This document shows, piece by piece, positions 1 to 10,470 of a stretch of 64,000 bases of DNA. A program made the position numbers and the translations under genes. The first letter of the stretch is position 1. Each line of letters begins with the position of its first letter. Origin of the DNA: Octopus sinensis (taxonomy: Eukaryota); NCBI RefSeq assembly GCF_006345805.1, contig NC_043013.1, forward strand, positions 21,266,001-21,330,000. The letters run 5' to 3'. The notes beneath the pieces were generated by a model. The model saw only the letters and a program-made list of their open reading frames with translations. It was not told where the DNA came from and ran no database searches.

Positions 1-334
1 TGTAAAAAAGATATTTTCGTTTCAATTTAAACTACTCAATTGCAAATGTATAAATGGTACATATAGTCTAGAAACCTTGCAATGAATGAAAGCAAAATTA
101 CTAAGGAATTAAATTCGAAACTGTGATGCAGCATAGAGTATCAATAGAGTATCAATGAATAGCATTGAGTATCAATCCCAGCAATCTACTCATTAAATCA
201 TAATCATATTATAATGCTTGACTGAAGTAGAATGAACATGACAAATGGACATGACAAATTGGGATGTTCATTGTTACTAGAATTAACCGTTTCTATTACT
301 TTATCTTCTTTTGGCTACGTTAAACACGATGACT

Positions 335-680
335 TCTGGCTTGGGAATTTCTCCAGTGTGGGTATTGAGCGGGATCCCTGGCCCTAATTCTGGCGGCTCT
401 TGAGGTGGAGAGCGGTTAAGTGTTTCTTGGAAGTATTCCTTCCATTTCACTAGTTTGTCCTCAATGGAAGTTAGCAACCGTCCGGCCTTGTCCTTTACTG
501 GTCTGACGGGGTTGCCTCTCCTTCCACTCAGCAGCCTTATTGTTGCATGTAGTGCCATCAAGTCTCCTTTCTTCGCTGCTGTTTCCGCTTCGTCGGCCGC
601 TTCATTGAAGTGTGTTCTTCTGTCTCTTCTTAGTTTCTTCTTGACTTCTCTCACCACCTCACTATACTTACTTCGAGTAA
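335..680 (-). mobile_element. RTE-clade LINE, inverted 5' segment (ORF region between endonuclease and RT)
   Basis: Minus frame reads SKYSEVVREVKKKLRRDRRTHFNEAADEAETAAKKGDL...VKDKAGRLLTSIEDKLVKWKEYFQETLN, typical of the RTE EN-RT linker. It begins right after the left TSD (322-334). Confidence 0.85.
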
Positions 681-1151
681 GTGGTTCGACAGAGTGCCAA
701 ACACCGACCTGTGGGAAAGGGCCAACCAGGAGCCCTTACATGTTCAGATTAGACGAAGGAAATGGAGGTGGATCGGACACACCCTGCGGAAAGAACCCTC
801 AAATGTGACACAACAAGCACTTGACTGGAATGCGCAGGGGAAAAGGAAGCGGGGACGCCCGATGCAGACATGGAAGTGGAGCATGTTGGACAAGCTCAGG
901 ACCACCGGCCTGACATGAGAAGCAACCAAGAAACACGCCAATGACCGCAAAAAGTGGAAAACAGCAGGATGGACTCCAGTTAGCAAATAATTTAAAGTGA
1001 CCGAAGGTGTATACCACGTGCCCCTGATATTGCTACGGAGAGCAGTGACCTTTAGTGATATTTATTAGTCTTTAATGACGTAATAATGACACGATGTCGC
1101 AGTTGTTGAGGCCCTATGCTCCACAAGGGGCAAAAAACGATTAAGAAGAAG
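670..1151 (+). mobile_element. RTE-clade LINE 3' end interrupted by a 138-bp templated insertion
   Basis: Reads KWFDRVPNTDLWERANQEP...RRRKWRWIGHTLRK...GKRKRGRP..TW, with one TGA at 916. Removing 965-1102 restores DRKKWKTVVEALCSTRGKKRLRRR followed by an (AAG)n tail. TSD aaacacg[a/g]tgact at 322-334 and 1152-1164. Confidence 0.88.
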
Positions 1152-1306
1152 AAACACGGTGACTAAATATACCACATATCCCGTTACTTATAGAATGTCT
1201 GCGACATCGTGTCATTATTACGTCATTAAAGACTAATAAATATCACTAAAGGTCACTGCTCTCCGTAGCAATATCAGGGGCACGTGGTATACACCTTCGG
1301 TCACTT
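995..1306. repeat. Perfect 108-bp inverted repeat (995-1102 / 1199-1306)
   Basis: Read base by base with no mismatch; 96-nt spacer containing the RTE tail. Confidence 0.95.
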
Positions 1307-1416
1307 CAAACGCATAAGCAACATCATAAAGACGTGAGTATGTGTATGAGTGTGTATGTGTGTGAGTGTGTTTGTGTGTGTGTGTGTGTGAGTGAGAGAG
1401 AGAGAGAACCCCCACC

Positions 1417-1595
1417 ACGGCTTCACAACTACTGTGGGTGAGTTTACATCCTAGTAACTTAGTGACTCGGCTTAAGAGACCGATACAATAAGTAGCAGCC
1501 TTTAAAAGTTAAAGGCTTGGGTCGATTTATTGCACTAAACCCCTAAAGGTGGTGCCCCAGTATTGCCGCGATCTAATAAGTGAAACTAGTAAAAT
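1417..1595 (+). mobile_element. Degraded 3' half of tRNA-derived SINE (family here called S-OK)
   Basis: ggtggtgccccagtattgccgcgatctaataagtgaaactagtaaaa resembles the 3' end of the full copy at 58605-59025. Confidence 0.6.
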
Positions 1596-1604
1596 ATTAT
1601 ACAT

Positions 1605-1755
1605 AACGTCACAAATAATCGTATATATTATATAAAGTCACATCTAATTATATAAAATATATTAAGTCACGTCTAATTATATATAATATATAAAGCCACA
1701 TCTAATTATATAAAATATATAGAGCCACATCTAATCGCGTATAATATATAAAATA
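1605..1755. repeat. AT-rich minisatellite, about 32-bp unit, about 5 copies
   Basis: Recurring cacatctaattatataaaatatat-like unit. Confidence 0.75.
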
Positions 1756-2396
1756 CTATATTTCTTGCAGCAATCAGGAATGAATTTCAATTATTTCTGA
1801 TAAAGCAAATAAAATGTTAGAAGTTTTTAAAAACATCTCATTCTGTTTGTTCTTTTTAAATTATTTGCTAACTGGAGTCCATCCTGCTGTTGTGTCTGTT
1901 AACAATAAAGCGACCGATACACCGCGAGCAGCGTCGATTACGTCAGATTGAACTGAAGATGATTTTCGACTAGAAAATTACTTAAAAAGTGAACTATATT
2001 ATTATTATTATTGAGAAACTATTGAAATTCTAGCGAGTAATTACAGATCATTCGATAATAGTATGTGGCAAGATTTCGAAGTAACATTTAGCTTTTATTT
2101 ATTTTTATTTCAGCACGAATTCAGTTTATGTTGTAAAGAGTTGTGTGAGAAAAGGAAAAACGAAACAAGCGGAACAATACACTAATAAAGATTTTCACAA
2201 AGTAAAGGACGAAATTAAAGAACATTCATTTTGTCGTTGAGAGATACGATCAAGCAAAGAAGATAAAATACCCTTTCAGGCTATAATAAAGCAAAATTTA
2301 ATTGGACTAAAATATAATGGCTTAATTAATACCAGTAATCCGACAGTGTCGAATAAAGTCGTTTATTTCACTGAATTTAGTCTGAATTATGTTTAG

Positions 2397-2468
2397 GGAA
2401 CAATTATAGTTTACTGTGATTATGGGGGTGGAAACGTTCAATATAAAAATCTCTGGAAAGAATTAAGG
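2397..2468 (+). CDS. Candidate 72-nt symmetric internal exon (GTIIVYCDYGGGNVQYKNLWKELR), product unknown
   Basis: tttag| acceptor, AGG|gtatgt donor, open phase-0 frame. No family recognised and the pyrimidine tract is weak. Confidence 0.25.
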
Positions 2469-2871
2469 GTATGTCGTTCAGCGATGCCAAGTAGCAATCT
2501 GATGGTCTGTAACCATCGATTCTATTACAAGTCAGTGGTAGCCTCACCCAGTAGCTATTAGCAGCTAGGAGTAGCCCAGTCCACCAGAAGACTTTTCAAC
2601 CCTTAAATAAACCGCGAGACGAAAGTTAAAAACCTACGATCTCTATATGTATGCGGTAGGGAGTTAATAGTTACGGGCTGTCAGAGAGTAACCATTGGTT
2701 TCGCACCTTTGAAGCGCTTTATATGATATGTGCGATACCAATGGTCACTCTCTGATCTGAAATAACCATTGACTTCCTAAGAGAAAATATATTACTGCTC
2801 TAATGACTTGAAGTGTATTTCTTTTTCGGATATATGAACTATTGAGGATATATATATATATATATAATATA

Positions 2872-2919
<48 letters not shown>

Positions 2920-2932
2920 TATAATATATATA

Positions 2933-3968
2933 TCAGGTCATTAAAAATGAAATGTCTGATTCTCTTATGCACCAAGTTTGACAGTCGTTAATTCTAATGT
3001 TTTATCCTGACAATTCTTTGTTTTGCAACTTTCAAGAGTTGCATCATCACTTTTCGAGGTGCTATTCATGGCGTGTGATTATATTGTGAATTTTCTCTTG
3101 TAAATCAATTTTTGTGAACCCATGGATACATAAAACATTCGTGTTGTTTATGAGTATGAGTTCTGTCATGGAACCAATGCCTCCCAGACAGCTCGAAACA
3201 TCAATGAGGTGTTTGGTGAAGATGTGGCGAATGAGCACACTGTACGTCGATGGTTTGAGAACTTCCGGTCTGGTAACTTTACTCTTGAAAATCAGCCGCG
3301 AGGTAAACCTCAGACCAAAGTGGATAATTATGAGTTGGAAACTGTAGGGGAAGTGGATACATCTCAAACTGCTAAGTTAGCAGCAAGGTTTGATGTTTCG
3401 ATTCCAACTATATTGGACCATCTGAAACAAATCGGCAAGGTAAAGAAACTGGACAAGTGGTTACCAAACGAACTGAGCAAGTGTTGAAACTTGTTGGTCT
3501 TTGCTGTCACGGCATAAAAGCGAATCAGTTTTGCATTATATTGTTTCGTATGATGAACAATGGATTCTTTTCAACAATAGCAAGCGTTCTGCACGGTGTT
3601 TGGATAGAGACTAAGTGCCAAAACTCAATCCAAAAAATATTCACCAAAAACGATAAAGGTGTTTATTTGGTGGTCCAGCGTTGGTGTCATGTACTACAGC
3701 TTCATGAGACCTGGTAAGTCAATTACAGTAGATATATACATCAACTAATTGGATGAAATAATGATTGAACTTGCAACTGAACAACCGAGATTAGTCAACA
3801 GAGATTGGTCAATTCTCTTGCAAGACAATGCTCAGCCACATGTTGCACAAACAACGATACTCGAGTTACAGGAACTGAGCTTGGAAATACCCTGTCGTCC
3901 ACCATATTCACCAGACCTTGCACCAACTGACTATCGCATTTTCCAGGCATTAAACAATTTTTACAAGG
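2933..3968 (+). mobile_element. Mariner transposon, decayed, 3' end missing
   Basis: TA then TCAGGTCATTAAAAATGAAAT TIR-like start. Frameshifted transposase with TARNINEVFGEDVANEHTVRRWF..FRSG, GKVKKLDKW, YDEQW, LLQDNAQPH, PPYSPDLAPTDY. Confidence 0.92.
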
Positions 3969-3984
3969 ATATTTATATGTATAT

Positions 3985-4262
3985 GCGGGAGGGAGAGCAG
4001 GGGAACCAAATCAATGATAAAAAAGAGAAATACAAAACGCAGCAACAATGGAAAACATTTTCACAGTTAATATTAATAGGTTCACGCTGAAAAAAAATTG
4101 AAAAAAAGTTGCAAAGTGACAAATATAGAGTAAACACATAACGTTTTGGACAGCCCTTCATCGGATACACAGTGAAAAGTCCAAAGAAGAGGGAGACAGA
4201 AGGAAAAAAAGATAAAAAGAACCAGGAATAAAGTCCATTTGGGTAACTCACATGTTCGAGGT
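3985..4262 (-). mobile_element. Non-autonomous repeat with degenerate hammerhead-like motif (Penelope-like, tentative)
   Basis: Minus strand tgtatCCGATGAAgggctgtccAAAACGTTatgtg; TA-rich microsatellite at both ends. Confidence 0.45.
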
Positions 4263-4317
4263 TATATATATATATATATATCCTTTTCAACATGTGATCT
4301 CTTGAGCACCACCAGCA

Positions 4318-4502
4318 AAAATATTTTTTTCCTCTGTCTTCCCTTCTCGGGATCTTTCCTTCTCCTTTGTTTCCGACGAAGAGCTCCGCTCGAAACGTTA
4401 AACCCTCCTTCCCTTCTTTCCTGAGCGTCAAATAATACTTTAATTGTTCCACGTCCTCGCGTTGCTGTGTTTTTTTCTGTGTTTTCTTGTTTGGATTAAC
4501 TA
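4318..4502 (+). mobile_element. About 185-bp dispersed repeat with hammerhead-like motif, copy 1
   Basis: Homologous to 5575-5767. GTTT-CCGACGA-A-GAGC-TCC-GCTC-GAAA-CGTT-AAAC at 4369-4403; ends in (TA)n. Confidence 0.75.
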
Positions 4503-5206
4503 TATATATGTGTGTGTGTGTGTATATATCATATACATCACATAGAATATGAATACATACATATATACCCATATGTATATATGTACTTATATGTATTATT
4601 TCAATATAACTCATTAGCGCAATTCAGAATGCAGTTTTTTATTGTTTTTTGTTCTTGTTTTGGGGGTTTATTTTTGTTTTGTTCTTCGCAATGTATATTC
4701 TTTGTTCATTTCTGGATGTGTTTGACAGTCACCGACAAGAAAATTTGTTTCTGTTTCCCTGAATGATTTTCTAAACAAAAGGATGCTTTAGTTTTTTTTT
4801 TTTTTTTACATGTAAGACAATTTTCTTTTAATTAATAAATCCAACAATTAAAAGTGAAATTTACAAATAAAAGAGAATATTTCTTGATACGTTCGTTTAA
4901 ATTTATCGATTCAGACAATTTTAATTATGCAAAGACACTTCTATTTCATTTCAGATATATTTCGAAATTATTCTGGTACTGAACATTCACTATTGTTTGA
5001 AATTTCTAACGTTTTCAATCCATCAGACATAATTAAGCAGTTGTTTATGGTTTAATCAGAGGAATGTATTTGTGAAATTATTAAAAATAATTATCAAAAT
5101 TGCAATTCCCCAAATGACACATTGAAAACTCAGGTATATGCAGTATCTGTATAAATATATACATTTAGTCATGCCTTCACACACACACACGTATATACTA
5201 TATATA

Positions 5207-5238
<32 letters not shown>

Positions 5239-5574
5239 CACTGATAGATCTAAATAATAAAGTGAACTTAGTGATAAAATCTACATATGGAGAATGAACA
5301 TACTTCCATCGTCTTCTTAATGATGAAATTAACCTCTCTGTTTATATATCTATTCTCTTTCTAATGTTGGCAAACGAGATAAGTATAGGAATGTGCATTG
5401 TCTGTTTAATTGAAAATTTCTATATAAGGCTGAAGATTGCTCGACATTTTAAAACTGATGTAAGTCTTACAGGGTTTAATAAAATGAGGTAGCATGAAAC
5501 AATTGTACTACTCTACCTTGGATATCCTTGTTGCTTATTTTGATTTTATATATATATATATATGACCTCGTGTA

Positions 5575-5760
5575 TACCGTTGGCGATTTTTTCCTCTGTC
5601 TTCCCCTCTCTGGATCTTTCCTTCTCCTATGTTTCCGACGAAGAGCTCCGCTCGAAACGTTAAACCCTCCTTCTTTCCTTCTTTCCTGAGCGTCCAATAA
5701 TACTATATTTCTTCCACGTCCTCGCATTGTTGTGTTTTTTTTGTGCTTTCTTGTTTGGAT

Positions 5761-5767
<7 letters not shown>
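5575..5767 (+). mobile_element. About 185-bp dispersed repeat with hammerhead-like motif, copy 2
   Basis: Motif at 5631-5665 is identical to 4369-4403; sits between (TA)n runs. Confidence 0.75.
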
Positions 5768-5819
<52 letters not shown>

Positions 5820-5934
5820 GCGTACATACACACACACCACACGGACATGAATGTATACGTTCATATATTTTTTATTTCCTACCTGTTTCGATTAGACTGT
5901 AGCTATGCTGAAGTACAGTCTTGAATTTTTCGTC

Positions 5935-6220
5935 AAATGAATCGATCCCAGTACTATTTTTTAGAGTCTGGTACTCATTTTATCGGCCCTTTTCGCCGAA
6001 CCGCTGAGTTACGGGGACATAAACGCACCAAGCCAGGTTTTTCAAGCAGTGGGATCAGACAGACACACATATACGACGAGCTTCTTTCAGTTTCCGTCTA
6101 CCAAATGGACTCACGAACATTGGTCGTCTTGAGAGGAGAAGATATTTGCTCAAGATGTCCTGCAGTGGTTCTGGACCTGAAATCATGTGGTTCCGAAGCA
6201 AACTTCTTACAACACAGCCA
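5935..6220 (-). mobile_element. S-OK SINE, degraded
   Basis: ttctttcagtttccgtctaccaaat and catgtggtt...caaacttcttacaacacagcc match the other S-OK copies. Confidence 0.75.
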
Positions 6221-6305
6221 GGAACTTCATAAACATTTAGACGAATACGTATATGTGTATCGATATATGTGACTTCATGTATATTTGTAGGCCTTTATAC
6301 ATTAA

Positions 6306-6696
6306 TCTCTATATATATAAAGCTGAAGTTGTCTGTGTATGGCAGGTTTGGTAGCCTTCAACTAACACTATCTCTTCCGAGACACTGCGGCGCAAGTTGA
6401 CCAAAATTGAGAGTATGATAGAAGAAGGCTTGCTCTTCCTTCCGTAGAAGAAAAAATTCAAACCGGACCACGTTAACACCAAAAATTATTTACATCAAAA
6501 AGGTGCTTTTTTACTATGAAAATCCATTTTTTAATGATTTTTTGACTGCTGTGTCGCCATTTTTCGGTGTATTTCAACCAGAAAAATGTTCACTTAAAGA
6601 GAATAACAAGCTACATAATGCAAAAGTTTTGCTTTTCAAAAATTCTAATTCTAATGGGTGGAAACAAACCCGAGCAACGCCGGGCGATATTGCTAA
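6306..6696 (+). mobile_element. Non-autonomous Helitron
   Basis: 5' TC start (tctctatatatataaagctgaagttgtctg), 3' hairpin cccg-agcaacgc-cggg followed by CTAA, inserted between A and T. Confidence 0.8.
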
Positions 6697-7184
6697 TACA
6701 TGTATATATTTTGTGTGTGTGTGTGTGCGTGCGCAAGTAAAGATTGCATTTTGAAGACATGACGTCTCCCTTTTTCCAGAGGATCAGATACAGAAAAGCG
6801 AATTCGTCAATGAGTTTACTTTTTCAATAATGGCAATGCAATGAGCCAGTGCAGCAATTAGCTCCACGGTAACACAGCTTCAATTACATTTGTGCTTTAG
6901 AACATCTACAGCGACTGATGGACCTTCATAGAAGTAAGTTTCACATTCAGCGCTTTCTACACAGGAGCTACATTAACTTCTTGCTCAGCAAGTCTCTGTG
7001 TAAAGCACGTAGTTCCAGATAAGCACAGACAGTATAAGCACAAGCAGTAAATAAACACAGACACTTTGTACCGAATCGCTTGTATGAACACAGATAACAT
7101 ACAGACTCAACTGCATATACAAATATACATACACGAGCACATAAATGCATGTATATATGTATATATGTATGTATGGTTTATAAG

Positions 7185-7560
7185 TGGAGGCGCAATGGCC
7201 CAGTGGTTAGGGCAGCGGACTCGCGGTCGGAGGATCGCGGTTTCGATTCCCAGACCGGGCATTGAGAGTGTTTATTGAGCGAAAACACCTAAAGCTCCAC
7301 GAGGCTCCGGCAGGGGGTGGTGGTGAACCCTTCTGTACTCTTTCACCACAACTTTCTCTCGCTCTTTCTTCCTGTTTCTCTTGTACCTGTATTTCAAAGG
7401 GCCAGCCTTGTCACATTTTGTGTGTCACGCTGAATCTCCTCGAGAACTACGTTAAGGGTACACGTGCTCAGCCACTTGCACGTTAATATCACGAGCAAGC
7501 TGTTCAATTGATCGTATCAGCTGGGACCCTCATCGTCGCAACCGACGGAGTGCTCCTATT
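7185..7560 (+). mobile_element. tRNA-derived SINE (head H1 + tail T1)
   Basis: A/B-box head ggcgcaatggcccagtggttagggc...ggtttcgattccc; 3' half shared with 39137-39460; (ATT)-like tail. Confidence 0.85.
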
Positions 7561-7879
7561 ATTATAGTTTATAAACGAACTTTGTAGAATGCTGCGTTCC
7601 TTTCTATAATCAATAACAGTTCACTATTTTTTTCCATAATATTCTTCACGTCGATACAGAAGTGAATATAATGTCTAGCATCAATTTTATTGTTGCAGAT
7701 CAAACTTGTCACAGTCAAATCAATTTATCAACAAGTGGCAAATAGGTTTTCCCCATCTGTCATTATAATACAATTAAACCATCGAATCTCTCATTCCAAT
7801 TCGTTTCTTCTTTTTTTTATTACCTTTTTTCATATGTATATATAGGAATATAGCAACATGAAAATCTGTATATCGGAAT

Positions 7880-7917
7880 GCTTATGTATATATATACATA
7901 TATAATTATTTGAGGGA

Positions 7918-7954
<37 letters not shown>

Positions 7955-8190
7955 TTATTTGAGGGAATATATATATATATATATACATACATATATAATA
8001 CACATATATATATGTATGTATATGTATATATATATGTATATATATGTATATATATATATACATATATATATGTATGTATATATATATATGCATGTGTGTG
8101 TGTGTATGTATATAGAAGCAATTGTACGTTCACGTTAGATTTATTAATATACGTATACTTGCATATTATTACATGCACATAGGCATACAT
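7880..8190. repeat. (TA)/(TG)/(CA) compound microsatellite
   Basis: Direct reading. Confidence 0.9.
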
Positions 8191-8885
8191 ATATATATAG
8201 AGAGAGTGACATAAATAGGTATCTAATATATATTTGTGTGTGTGTGTGTGTGTGTGTGTTAGTGGATTTGCATGAATAAAGTGGATTTTACTATTTGGTG
8301 ATAATGATTGTCGGAGAAGTCATACTTGACGTCAGCACAATGAATCAATGCATTAAAAATGCATTCAATCACACTCTTGTGTTTGTATCAACACGTAAGG
8401 ATCGGCATGTATATATGCTTACAAATATGCATATAGACATGAGCGAACAAATACGTTCACATACACACACGCGCACGCACACAGACACATACACACATAC
8501 ATACATATGTGTGTGTGTGTGTGTGTGTACTCTGGTAGACAGATAGATGAGTAGAGAATATGTGTCAGTGTGTATGTGTGTACGCATGTATATATGTTTT
8601 ATTGAAGCTTAGCGGTTGGGGTGTTTGGTTTACAATCATAGTGTTTTTGATTCAAAGCTTGAACCGAGTTGAGCGTTTTGTCCTTAAACAAGGCACTTCA
8701 TCCCACGATGCTACAGAATATTCAGCTGAAAATAAGTCCCAGCTGAATGTTGGTGGAGCTTTCTCAATTCCCAGCTGTCACATTCTGGGGTGCCGCTTAT
8801 GTCTCAAGTGTGGAGGAGTTGAGTATGTAAGGCGTCTATAACGATTAACGACGAAAGCCATATTCACCCGTGGGTGACAGATAGT

Positions 8886-8956
8886 TTAGACAGACAGACA
8901 TACAGACATACAGACAGGCAGACAGGCAGACAGACGGACGGACGGACGGATGGATG

Positions 8957-9053
<97 letters not shown>
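8886..9053. repeat. Compound tetranucleotide array GACA/GGCA > GACG > GATG > (GATA)n
   Basis: Direct reading. Confidence 0.95.
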
Positions 9054-10309
9054 CAGTCGAACCACGCGTCTACCACATGCTAGACGATTTAATCACTAAG
9101 AAACCCATACTAACTTTATATTATCTGCCTCTACAACTTAGATATATAAGAGTCTATTCTTAACCAAAGTTTTCAATTCCCTTGGTTATCACACTAGTTT
9201 CACAGTTAATGTGTAATTATCTTGTACAAGCAGGACAGATATTAATAGTAACACCCAACGTAACGTAATATCACACTTTCCGATATCACTGGCGAGAATA
9301 TAAAGCAATGAATTTGAGCAATTTCCAAACATCCTCGTCTAATGAGAAATATCACTGTATATGTTTCTAAGTTTGGCCTTTTGTTGACCGCGCTATGATG
9401 ACATCAAATTTAATGTTAAAAATCAGAATAGTTATAATACCGCAAGGACACAGTCGATCCACCGTCTCTGTCCTCCATACACCCACTGCCGCTGCACCGC
9501 CCTCATCTACTTCTCAATCTCAGACCTCTACCATCCTCAGTTTCACTGCCGTCTTTATAAATTCAACCACTAATTATGTTTTAATTAACTTCAGTATTTC
9601 TAAGATTAATTGTAATTATTAAGATTTTGTTTTGAAACATTAGAGTGTAATATCACAGAGGCCATCAGGCAACAACTTTATCACGCAATGGTTTAGAAAT
9701 TCAGTTTTGGTAATTTCAAGAAAATTAAATTAATGAACTCCAAACTTTTACAAAAACTTTTAGTTACTTTCAATAAGCATTTTCGTCAAAGTAAACTGCG
9801 AAAGACAATACAACGTCTCGTGTGGAACGTTTCATGCGGAACGTCTTCGCACGTTAAAGAGCTGAGCTATAACTCTACTACAAATATTGCATTGAGATCA
9901 GTTTAAGATTTCATTGTCCGAAGACGATAAAAATTAATAGTAGTCAGTGGATTGTTGTTGCTGTTATTGTTATTGTTGTTGTTATTACTTAGGCATTGAT
10001 CAGTCCTGAACAAACAGAGCTACAACCAAAGGCAATTCTACCCGTCACCATCTCATTCTCGCGGTTATTGTCGATGTGTGACTAAATCAGGCAATGCGTC
10101 CCTCCACTTTAAACACCAGCCTCTCCGGCTTTTCTCTGACACACCAACTCATCAATATACTCAACTCTCAGCTCTACACTCATGCCTCTTCACTCGCCAA
10201 CGTACCTCAACCTCTTCAATGTGAAACAGAGGTACGTCACATCTGTTTTGTTCCTTTCCTCTACAATCTCATCTGGTAAAGATGCATCGCCTTGTGTGAT
10301 GTATTTATT

Positions 10310-10470
10310 GAGGGGTGGGTTGGTCGGTTATATTGACCCCAGTACTCTGCTGGTACTCATTTCATCGTCCTCTAAAGGCAATGTCGACTACAACGGAACT
10401 CGAATTCAGAACGTAAAGACGGATAAAGTACAGCTATGCGTTTTTCCCGGCATGCTAACGATTCTGTTAG
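10310..10470 (-). mobile_element. Degraded S-B SINE
   Basis: gaccccagtact..ctggtactcattt..gtcgac..gaattcagaacgtaaagac..gcatgctaacgattctg is the reverse complement of the S-B body and head. Confidence 0.6.
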
